Source of the DNA: Paraspadella gotoi
Taxonomy: Eukaryota > Animalia > Chaetognatha
Assembly: GCA_051294375.1 (NCBI GenBank)
Contig: CM119266.1
Span: forward strand, 19,727,657-19,791,656
Reading direction: 5' to 3'
DNA: 64,000 nt
Below the pieces are notes generated by a model. It saw nothing but the letters and a program-made list of their open reading frames with translations. It was not told where the DNA came from and made no database searches. Both the position numbers and the translations under genes were made by a program. The stretch's first letter is position 1. Each line of letters opens with the position of its first letter. This document shows positions 14,346 through 26,300 of the stretch, piece after piece.

Positions 14346-17300
14346 GAGAGAGAGAGTTGGTTTTTGTCTTCGGCTTAAAGTCAGTTTTCATGGCGTCGTC
14401 GTTTTCAACCGTCATTTTCGTCGTCGTTTTCGTCGTCATTTTCGTCGTCGTTTTTGTCGTCGTTTTCACCGTCATTTTCGTCGTCGTTTTTGTCATCGTT
14501 TTCGTCGTCATTTTCGTCGTCGTCGTTGTCTTCGTCGTCATCGTCGTCATCGTTGTCTTCGTCGTCATCTTACGTTGTTTTTGTCCCGTCGTCTTCATCG
14601 TTGTCGTCTTCATCGTCGTCTTCGTCATTGTTTTCTTTGTCGTTTTCGTCGTCGTTTTCATCTAATATATACATAACAACGAAAAAGAAAAGGTTATTAC
14701 CACTATGTCAATAAATTTATAATAAAAATCATTGACAGTGTTTATGAGTTGCGTCTTTGCAGTCGTTTTCAATCTTCGTCTTTTTCGTCGTCGCTTTTGT
14801 CTTCTTATTTTTCGTCCGTCGTTTTGTCTTCCTCTTCGCTCGTCGTTTTCCTCTAAACTTTTTTTCGTCATATTCGCCGTATTTTTTGTCATTGTTTTTG
14901 TCGTTTTCGTCGTCATAATCACAATCGAAATGTCAATCATTAACTTATTAATCTGTACTTTAACTAAATCCCCGCTGCTTGCTTAAATTTGAAACTCTGC
15001 TTCCGAGTCTCTCTCTTTCTTTCTTTCTTTCTCTTTTCTTCTCTCTCTCTTTTTTTGCTGCCGTACTCTTTTGTTGTCTTTTACTTCGTCATATTTTTTT
15101 TGTCATGGTCTTCGCCTTCGTTTTCGCGTCGTCGTTTTCGCCTTCGGTTTTTGTCGTCCTTCTTCGTCATTGTCGTCGTCAATCGTTTTTTGCTGTCGTT
15201 TTTCGTCATCGTCTTTGTTGTCGTTTTGCGTCGTTGTTGTTTGTCGTCTTCTTCGTTGTCGTTTTCTCGGCGTTTTCGTTTTTGTCATCGTTTATTGTTG
15301 TCGTCGTCTTTGATGTTTTTGTTGTTCGTTTTCGTTCGTTGTTTTCGTCGTTGTTGTTAATTGTTGTATCTTCGTCGTTGTCGTCTTCATCGTTGTTATC
15401 ATCATCTGTTGTTGCTTTCATCATCTTTTTTTGTTGTTGTAGTCGTCTTTGTTATCATTTTCGTCGACGTTTCGTCGTTGTTTTTGTTTTGTTATCCATT
15501 TTTTCGTCTTCGCCGTCGTTTTCGTCATCACTATTCCTATTGGTTTTTGTCTTTTTCGTTATGTTCGTTGTCGTCATTGTCGGATTTCATGAATTAATTT
15601 TTAGTGTAAAGTTGGAAACAAAAAAGAAATTCTTATAACCATCTTTACGTGAAAAAAAAATCGAAAACTTGGAAAGATTTGCCCCTTACCGAATATTTTA
15701 AACAAAAATAGGCGAGCTGAACAACATCGAATTTTTTGACACACTTTCCCATTGGACTAGAGAAGAAAGAATTACATTTTTGGAATCGGGGGAGATTGAA
15801 GGAACCAAACGTTATGATATCAGCTTTTACGCCCCTGACCCCCCTCGATCATCTGGGTTCCCTTAAAAAAGTGATGTCTATCAATCTGTCAGTGCTGTAT
15901 CCCTTAGCTTTTAAACTCATGTTTAGGATGGAGCAATTGAGCAATATGTAAGTAAACCAGTAAGTAACTAAATAGGGGAAAAGATTTTCATAGATTAGTT
16001 GTAGCTGGCATTACCAAAGTTCACCCCGTAATTAATCATCGTTCATTCAGGTCCTTGACGCCAGTAGCTTATTGAGTAAAGTCATCAGCTTATGATTACC
16101 AGGTACGGGGTTTAATCCTAACCTGGTACCTGAGGACTGGATGAAGCTGGCTGTGGCCGTTCCTTAGCTGGTGATAGTTAGTTACGGATAGTCTTCATCT
16201 GCCCACTTATCGACTTATCCACATAGTGTAAGTGGAAAAAACAAAAGTCATATGACATGTTTGTACTGTAAAATAATATTTGTTTTAATAACTATGATAA
16301 TTTTATTTACTAAATTATCCTGGGTAGGTACGACGTTGTTTGCTCAAACTCTTTTTTTTTTCCGAGAGGATTGACAAAAAACAATTGCCTCGTTCTGAAG
16401 CTGAAAGTGATTTCTCTCCGAGGTGTCATTAAATGAATACGTTCGTAAAAAATTAGATTGAAGCCGAAAAGAAAAAAATGAAAAGAACGAGAGATACTAT
16501 TTTCTCTGCAATTCTATTTTTTGGTGGCAATGACGGTGAGCGACGTTACTTACTGCAAGGTTATATTGTTAATATGAAATTATGTTATCAGATTTAACTA
16601 AACTTTTATTAAGATAACCTTCACAAATAAAAAAAGAAGAAATATCAAATAAGGTCTTGGCATCAGTTGAGTTTGATCGAAGATTGTCGGCTTCGATATT
16701 TTCCTTATTGGTTATGAATCGGTTATGAATTCTTGATAATAAATTATTACACTCCGCGTCTCAATGAGTATTACACCAAAAAAATATCTTTATTGGATAT
16801 TCAAAGTATAATAAAAAAAAATGTTTGATGTCATTCGCGTTTGGTCATTGAGTATTTTCCACCTACCCAATGTAATAATACATGCATTGCTTTGATTTAA
16901 TAATAAACAAGACAAGGCGCTCTATACTCAGAACTAACCTTTGATTGGCAGCATCTCCCGCATTCGGACTGTGAAATCCAGAATCTGAAAATTGAAATAA
17001 GTCTCACGTCACATAAAAATGAAAATGCTCATAAATGGAAAAAGGAAACTAGAAAAACAAACCAAAAAGTAAAAAAAGAAAAACCGTTTTGTACTCACCG
17101 CTCTTCCTCGAGCTTTTAAAAGCATTTAAATAAATGTCTCAGCAAAACTTCGAAAGGTTTATTTCCCACCTCATGATTATTCCCTGAATCATAAATAAGA
17201 TTAATCCCATAAGAAAGTACCCCTCCACCCCTTTTTCAATAACTTCTTAATAAAAATGATGGTTTATATCCTATTAGTAAACTTAAGGAGAAAGTAATTT

Positions 17301-20300
17301 TTAACCTTTTGTTGTATAAATGCTCCCTCTATTTCCAGAAGACATAACTAATATCCCTCTCCCCATTACATTATTAAATATGACATAAAACTAATAATAA
17401 TTAAATTTAATACATATAAAAATTATAAGAACTTTTGACTTTTGTACTGCTACCATTACTATTACTACTATTACCATTACTAATCACTACTAAACGATCT
17501 TACCAAGTGACGATCTTGATGTACAGGTTCTCGTAGTCGTCGTTTCGTCGCTCATTGAGGAAGAGATGAAAGTATCACAAAGAGACGACGCAAGAGACGA
17601 CGAAAGCGACGACGATAATGACGACATTGCAACGGTGGTGACGGCAACACGCGTCGGGACCAAAGACGACCAAGTTGATGACCCGGTTTCCCGGTCACAA
17701 TCCGCGTAATTCGGCCACGAGTCTACGGAAAAGAGGCCGATAGTCTCACTGTTTGACGCTTGCATTGTGATCCGTTTTGGTTCGACGAGTTGTAAGAATC
17801 GATCCAGTCTCAAAACCTCATCTTCTTTTCTCTCTCTCTCTTCGCATCGCCATTCATTCTTTTCGTTTTCTTTCTCCTCTTGCTCGGAAACCCTTGTATC
17901 TAAGATTGTGGCAGAGTTATCTAAACTTTTCTCAAATCGACCATCGTAGGTTTTAATGTGAGAAGGGACACTGATGTGCGGCGGTGTGCGCGGCGATACC
18001 GAGGACGTTCGACGACTAATATCGGCGGACCCGGAAGTTACATGACCACGTGTGCCTCTTTTTTTGCTATCGGGAGGTTGAGTTTCTCTGGATCGAAGCG
18101 CGCAGCGACTGGAATCACCCGGACCATCAAAACGTTGTGTTTTCCGTCGCTCAAAATTGTCGGCGATCAGAGATGTTTTGGATGGAGTGACGCTTATAGA
18201 CGATGCGGCGTCACGAGAACCATTTTGATATTTGATTCGTCCAAGCGATATGTCTTGACGAGCCTCATCCAAGAGACCATAATTGGTGTCCGCGAGTGTA
18301 GAACCGTTTCGGTTCGGTTTTTTTAAGCTTATATCTTGGGCGTCTTCGTCTTCTGAGCGACTACTAATTATCGAATCGCAATCATTCCTTTTAATTGGGT
18401 CATCGATAAGGCTTTTTTCCGCGACCTTTATAGGATCATTTGCTGATCTATCATTAGGCGAACGAGTGAGTAACAGGGCCGCAGACTCTGAAAGTTTCAT
18501 CACTTCAAACGCATTAGTTATATGAAAGTAATTTCGTAGGTTATAAAATAGGCAAGCGGGTTCAAACAGCACAACAAAATGACACCACAGCCAATCCTTT
18601 TTTTCTATGAAATTGGTACAACAAATATAAAAATTATCCATTCATTTAACAAAAAAGCTATCTTGCCCCTGACTTTGGACAGGCTTTGGTGGTTTAAGGC
18701 TTCCATCACTCTTACAAGATAATGACATAGCAGGTATATATATATATATATACAATTATTTTGTTTGTTTCTTTTTAGGTAAAATTTGTGATAATTTTTG
18801 TGAAGGGTTTCGGCCCCTCTGTGGCCAGCAACTGTCACTTGCACGGCTATTGTACCAGATTCACGAGTTGACAAGGAAGCGAAGGACTGCAGGAATTGAA
18901 CCTAGAACCTTCAGGTTTCGCTAGATCCTTACAACTTTTAAATTCCACGACCCTTTCCTTTTTTTTCATCCTTTCCTTCACTACTCACTTTGCGCGGCGT
19001 CGCCCTGGCTCGCCGGGTAAGCGGGTGGCGCTTTACCGTCGCCGAGGGGGCTGGAGGGCTTTCTGGCCTCATGGACCAGGGGCGGAGGGCAAGGGAGGGC
19101 GTCCTCGGCGGCGAGGGAGTGGCGAACGCTCTTCCGCTCGCTGCCTTTCGTGCGCGGAATGAGACGGAGTCGTGAATCGCGAACGCAGCTTGTCGATTCG
19201 TCGCCATCTTCGTGTTTTAATTCCGCCTTATGATGCAGAATGAGGGAAGGAGAGGGAGTTAGAATGAGAGGGAGAGATGATGAGAGGGAGAGAGAATTAG
19301 AGGGAGAGAGAATGAGAGGGAGAGAGAATGAAAGCGATAGAAAATGAGAGGGAGAGAGTAGAAGATGGAAATAAAAAAAAGAAAAACCCACAATATGATA
19401 AAAGAGCAAGGAAAAAGACAAGGCGAACCGAAATCGATAAAAAAGAAGACGATAAAATTGGGAAAAATAAAAATAAAAGAAAGTTAAAGCGAACTTAAGA
19501 AGAAAAAAAAAAGCAAGTGTCTCGCTCTTTTCACTAGACGTCACGTTATTCTGCACGCGCGTCGTCGCCCGAAAATGCGCGCGATTTCATTGGCAAAGAA
19601 TCACGACGACGACAAGGTGAACGTTGACGAAGGACAAATAGAAGATTAAGACAATTGCGTTTTAATTCCGTTTCGATGAAACAGGTATACCCGACGGCTG
19701 ACGCACATATAAAGTAAACAAATCCTGTCATAATGACAAGTTAGTGAAACCAGAGATTGTCTAGGGTTCGTCCCAATAGCCAATAATTATGAAAGAAGCG
19801 AAACTTACGCCATTCACTTTTTAAAGAACCACTTATATCTTTAATACAATTTTTTTCTATATGGAAATAACTGTCACATAATTCATTTTCAACTCAAGAA
19901 AAAGAATGACAAAATTGAAACATTACTTTCAGCTTCTTTATTCATTCATAAAAGTAAACACGTTATATCTCGTTTCTGACTTTCAGCAAAACAACTCGCG
20001 ATGATTTCGTTAAAGGACATAAACATTTCTATTTCTCGAAACATTTCGATCGATGACAACATAACGATCTCCCGATTCTCGCCAACGCCTGGCGATTTCT
20101 ATTTGACGTCGACGCCACCTCGACGCATCCAGCACAACTACATCCATCTCGAACAGAGATTCGACGTCATCCTTATGATAGTCACCATCAGTCTTTCCAC
20201 TTTGCTTCTTCTCCTTACGGTCCGATATTTCTTACAGAAAGTCTTTAATCAGTACGGCATTAATCAGGTTGGTACTCTGTTTTTCCTTACGTCGTGTGCG

Positions 20301-23300
20301 ATATTTTTTACATAGTGTTTAACGTTTCAACCTTTCGTCATGGCAGAAAATATATACCGATTAATGTGCATTTTTTAAAAAAAAACAAAAGTAGGAATGA
20401 TAAATCTTATCTGCGTGTAAAGTTATCTTTTTTTACTATATTTGTCAACGTTTAAAAATCGGAAAACAAAACCCTTTATTTCAATAGCTGAAATCAAGTT
20501 TGTTTCTTTATTGTCGTTTTCAGTACCATAATGAAAAGCGCCTTTGCTAAATTATCTAAATTGCCTTAAATTGTTCCCAGTCAATGTTATATTTTAATGT
20601 TCTCTGAAGTTGGCAGCCGAATACCGCATCGAGTCCGCGACATTCGAAGGCTTCGAAACAGTCGACAGTCCGGAGGAAAGCGTCGTGAGGTCCCAACCAC
20701 AAACGACTCTGCTCATTAACGGGACGACGCTCCAATTCTTCACAAATCAATCCTACGACAGTTCCGAGTGAGCTACCTTTAAATCACAGTCAACTCGGAA
20801 AGGAAAGCCAACAATTGTTCAACCAAAGATTCCATATGAAAAATTCCAATATTCCTACTTTTCATACTATTTTAGATTACATTCTTTAACTAAAAAAAAT
20901 CTAAGCATTACCAAAAACTAAGCTCAAAATTTGATAATAAAATTAAGAGGATAAGTCAATAATAACTAAATTGGTTTTGCATAGGAGAAAGACCTCTTCA
21001 TCGAATTCATCATTGACGTCTTGACCCTTTAGCTCAATTGTATGAGATGTTTAAAATTGTTTATATATATATATATTTTTTTCAGAGACAGAGAGAAGAT
21101 AAGTTCGCTACCGCAGATCGATCGTAGACAGATTTGGCTAAGCGAACTTTTGGGCAGAGGAAACTTCGGCGAAGTTCATCTCGGAGTTGTTAAGGAATTC
21201 AATGAAGGGCGGGACGTCATCGTCGCTGTTAAGACTCTAAGAAACGAAGATACCAGGTTTCTATCTTCCTAAAGAAACTCACAGCTAGGCCTTTTCTGAG
21301 TAGTATTATCTTCTTTTTTTTTTTCTTTTCAGCCTCTTTAAAATAAATCACGGAGAGAGCCAAACTTTACAGAAAACAAAATTATTTTTTTTAAATTTTC
21401 TGATTCTTCACATCATGATTTTTTTTTCCTTTAAATCACCAAGCCAGAAACATAATCCGATCATTGTTATAATCTGATTAAAGTTAAGTTTAACGTCTAC
21501 TTATTTCATTCGAAGGGACGAAGATATTGAAGACAACCTTTTTAGCTACGTACTATGTAGTACCCAGTGGCGCAAAAAAACTCGTTTCTCTTTAACGTCA
21601 AGAATGTTCATTGTGGAGGACGTCAAATTTGAAAACATATAGAGTAAAGCGTAGCAAAAATATTAAAATCAAGTAGAATAAAATTTCAATGTCTTCACCG
21701 TCAAAAATGGAAAAAAAGGTCAAATTCTCAACTTTTTATATTATTATTTTATATTATACGATTATACGATTATATTATATGATGGAACGTTTTGGTCATT
21801 TTTCGCAGCTTTAACCTAAAAAGATCATGTAACATATTTTACAAAAGTTTTTTCCGGCGAATCCGAAACTGTTCTTAGAGTTATAAGGATATTACTATAT
21901 ATTATATATTTTTTTTTTTTTGAAAACGGGCTTAATTTTTTGTTATTACATATACAAAGGCAGCAAAAAAACAATGTTCCATCGCTCAATCTTTTTATCA
22001 CTCCACCCTACTGTATAACCGAATCACAACAAAATCTATTTTCAAATCTCTCTCTCTTAATAGCAACGATTTGGCTCGAGAAGCGAAAAACGTCGGTCGC
22101 TTGTGTCACCCAAACATCTTAACACTTCATGGAGTCTGTTTTGAGGCTGAACCTTTCCTTATTGTTTTGGAGGTGAGATTTTTCAGTATAAGGCGCTAAG
22201 TGGGCTGAATCCTTAACCTAATACATAACCTGTGCTCTAACCTTAACCTTGAACATAATTTTTAAATCTTATTCAAGATGAAAATGGGCGTTCTCGGAAA
22301 ATAAGGCTGAAATGAGAATCGCGAATATTGAATTTAAGGCAGCGCATCTTTTCCACCTACAGTACATGGAATTAGGGGACTTGACGTGGCTTCTTCGCCG
22401 ATTCGGTCCCGATGCTCATTTGTTGTTGGGAGATAACAATTATAACATAAGGTAGGTAGTTACGAATTTGTATTGTCTTTTTTACAAGTTGTGATTTCCT
22501 AGTTCTAAGATTGTAGTTATTATATCCTAGTTAAGATTATAACTTGATATATGATATATATATGATTAGAGTGTAAGAAAAAAAAATGATGACATTTTTT
22601 AAAAAAGAGTAAACATATTTGAATTTAATGATTTACCCTCATCCACCAGAGAGGCCGAATTAAAGGGCCTGAAATTAGAAAGCCTTCAACTGAGGCATCT
22701 TCTGGGATTCGCCAAAGACGTTGGTGAGTAAAATTATTTAATATTTCACAATTGGGCCTTAATTCCTTTTACTATAAAAAAAATAAAATAAAGCGTCAGG
22801 AATGACGTATCTCGCGTCGAAGGATCAAGTCCATCGTGATTTGGCCGCTCGCAATTGTCTCGTCAATTCCTCACTCAAAGTCAAAATCGGTGACTTTGGA
22901 ATGTGTCGTGTCGTTTACAATTCTGCCTACCAGCATCAAGGGAAAGCTAAGCTTCCTTTGAGGTGAAAAAAATAAATTTAACAATTGGTAAATAAAAAGA
23001 AATATAGACAAAACTTCGAATGTTTTACGGATAATTCAGGTGGCTGCCGCCAGAAAGCGTGAACTACGGTCGTTTCACAATTGCTTCGGACGTTTGGTCA
23101 TTTGGCGTCACCCTATGGGAAATTTTTGCGTTTGCCAAACACCCCTGGGCGATAATGGATCACCAGGAAATCATTAAGGCCATAATGATGGGGATAAGGC
23201 AAGTAAAGAAACTTGTCAAAATAACTTAGACATTGAATTAATCGAAGTATGGAGTATGTTGTCAAAAATACAAGCTCATATACTACGTGAGTCAATGACG

Positions 23301-26300
23301 GTTCACTATCCCGCGCTAATCTTGAATTCTCCCCGTTTTTGTTTTTTTTTCTCAATTCTTAGACTAGAAAAACCAAGCGGATGTCCGAAGTTTATTTATC
23401 AAGTGATGTTGGATTGTTGGATAATCGAACCCGACGCGAGGCCAACGATGAAAAGCATCATGGAAAGACTCGAAGAATTCTCTAATATAATATGAAAATA
23501 GACTTAAAATAGTTTGCAATTTTCATAATCTTTTATTCGCTCTGACTTTTTAATCGATTAAGGTATTAAGGTATTTAAAAATATTCATTAAAATTAGTGT
23601 AAGTATTATACAAAATGTTTAATCTGTATTAATCCAAATGAAATTCCGACAAAAAAATTTTTGCGACTCTTACCTCATAAATCTGGAACTGTGCGAGAAG
23701 ATCCAAATCTGCGTCATGTTTGCTCATCTGCTTTAAAATCAAAGTTTCCATGCCAAGTCGTTCCAGCGAGTCAGTGACGTCATAAAAAGTGTCTTGATCC
23801 GGAATGTTAGAGAGTACCTGAAAAAAGTAGAGTGGATATGCCCTCTCTCATTGTCAACTAGAGAAAAAATATTTTATCACGTTGCAACTGTAATTTTTGA
23901 CGCCTTAAAATGAAAAAGGAGAATTTTAATTAAGAGTAGCGGTGTTTTGATCATAAAAGTCTCGGTGTTTAAAGACGAAACGGTAAGTTGATAAATTAAG
24001 CAAATGGATTACTAAATGGTGGGCTTGTAGTTTAAACCAAATAATAAAATTGTAAATCGAACTCAATATCCTGTGCATGTATTTGTACTTTTAGTTTTAA
24101 CGCCAATAGTGATAAAACCACGAAGGGGAGACTTTCAAAGCAGAGTAATGTAAATAACAACACTCCCAAAGCCTGATGAAAATCGACTTTGATTTTTTTT
24201 TTTAATATAAATATACCCACGTCTTAATTTTATTACAACATTATTTTATTTCACTAAATCAAAGCCATATTTTCTTGTTTCGACATCAGACAAACAGCGG
24301 TTATCCTTTCCGGTCTTTTTAAAATATTATTTCTTAGCAATCGAACCGGATGAGAAAAAAACCGCTGAAGAAAGATGCCATTTCTAACCTGATGCAGGGA
24401 TACAGTTAACCATGAGTGATGCATGAGGGGCTCATCTCTCTTGCTCAGGCCAGGTGTAGGAAACTCCCACACTGGCAACTGTTTCCAATGCCTCACCTAA
24501 TTATCGGGTCGTCGTGAAAAAAGATTTTTAAGTTTTCGATCGAGGTGAAAAATTATTTATTTCCCTTTTTTTTTCTTTTTTGAAGTTGTAAAGGTCCTCA
24601 ATCCTCATTCACGGCAGAAGTCATAAATACTTCCATGAAATTCCCTCGAATTTTTTTTTTTTTTTCACGCTCAAGCGACAAGCAGTAGATGGCATGGCGA
24701 AAGAATCGCTCTCCCAATTCGATCAACTTCTTAGAAAAGAAATTTGGGCGAAAAATTTCTACATTTGACTTTTCTTGTCAATCAATCAAAACTTTAATGG
24801 AAAGAAGAGCGAATTGGGATCCCATGCATCTATTCATGGTACGAAATGTTCGACCGAATGATAATTCACCTTATTTATGAGCGTCATTGTTAGAGACATG
24901 ATTTCGCTGTCGGCGATTTCGTCTTCCTTGAGAATGTCCATCACGGATTTCCAAGGTTTTTGTCCTGAAGAGATATTTTTTAAAAAATATATTACCTTTT
25001 CGTTTGAAAAAGTTTTATCAGGATAAATAAATAATAAATAAAATCAATTGCCTCTGCTTCTTCCCCTGATTCATTCTGTATGAAAATTGATAAATACGAT
25101 TAATGTTAACTATCTTGAGACTTACCCATTTTTTGCTCCGTCACCATTGCACCATGAATAAAATGTTCGGCATTGGATTCGTTGTATTCAACAAAAACCA
25201 GTAAAAGTTTAATACATGTTTTTGTGACAAGGCGATTCTGAATCAAAAATTGTTTAAAAACTGTTAATAATTCCTTGTTTAGAAATCTATCATAGCAGAG
25301 CTATTAAGATATGAAATATATAAATAATATTATAAATATTATCCATTCATTTAATAAATAAGCTATCTTGCCCCTGATTTTGGAGAGGCTTTGGTGGTTT
25401 AGGGCCTCCATCACTCTTACAAGATAATGACATAGCAGGTCCCTACAAGCTTTCAATCAAGACAGTCCCGTTTATTCACTCCCAGAATACATGGCTTCCA
25501 TATCAATGAAATGGTATAATGTTTCAAAGAACTGTCAAAACATTCAAACTTTCAAACTTGTTTTAAAGTAACTTAAATACAGTTAAAACCAGCGTTTTTA
25601 AAATGCGTACTGTTTTATTTTTAAATTACGAAAATATGATTTCATTACTTTTGAGGATAAGAGAGAGTAGAGCCATTGAATGACTTCATTGTGTATTATC
25701 ATTCCATTCATGCCATCCACGTATAGCATTATTTGACCCAGAGCTCGTAAAATAAAGTTCTGGTACTGCTGGTCTCTGCATTTTCCAAGGTTGACCAAAG
25801 TTGGGAGCCCTCGATTCATAACGAAAGCGTGGACCAAGTCCTTATCATCCTAAATTAAAGACGATATGTTGATTAAAGTACGTATTTCTAATTCAAATTA
25901 ATCAAAACTCAGATGCTTCACCTGAAAAATCTGCTTCAAGGAAAACAAGGCCCGTCTGAGCTCGGTCCCTTTGGTCTCAATGAGTTTATCTGAAAAAAAT
26001 ATAAATATAGAAAAAATAACAACATATGATACAAAGCTTTTAAGCTTTTTTTGTTCATTCAGTTACCTATCACAGCGTTCACTCTTACAGCGAGTTTTGT
26101 TCGCAGTATCACAGCTTGTTTCCTATTCCTGAAGAAAAAAGTTGTAAATATTTTTTTTAATAGGCGTAACAAAAATATCCTAAATTTAGATAATCCTTTT
26201 TTTATTTCTTATTTCGAATATCATTTCAGCGCCAACCGACCGAATTGTAACAGTTTTAAAAGTTAAGCTCTGAAGTGACAACAACAATCACCATGACAAC

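Noticed and set aside
14182-15638. Many overlapping 70-220-aa ORFs (poly-Arg/His, poly-Thr/Lys, poly-Val/Phe)
   Set aside because: Artefacts of a stop-poor trinucleotide-like repeat open in several frames; no splice signals linking them to a gene.
16057-16130. Functional tRNA gene
   Set aside because: A and B boxes are degenerate and the acceptor and anticodon stems do not pair; kept only as SINE-like.
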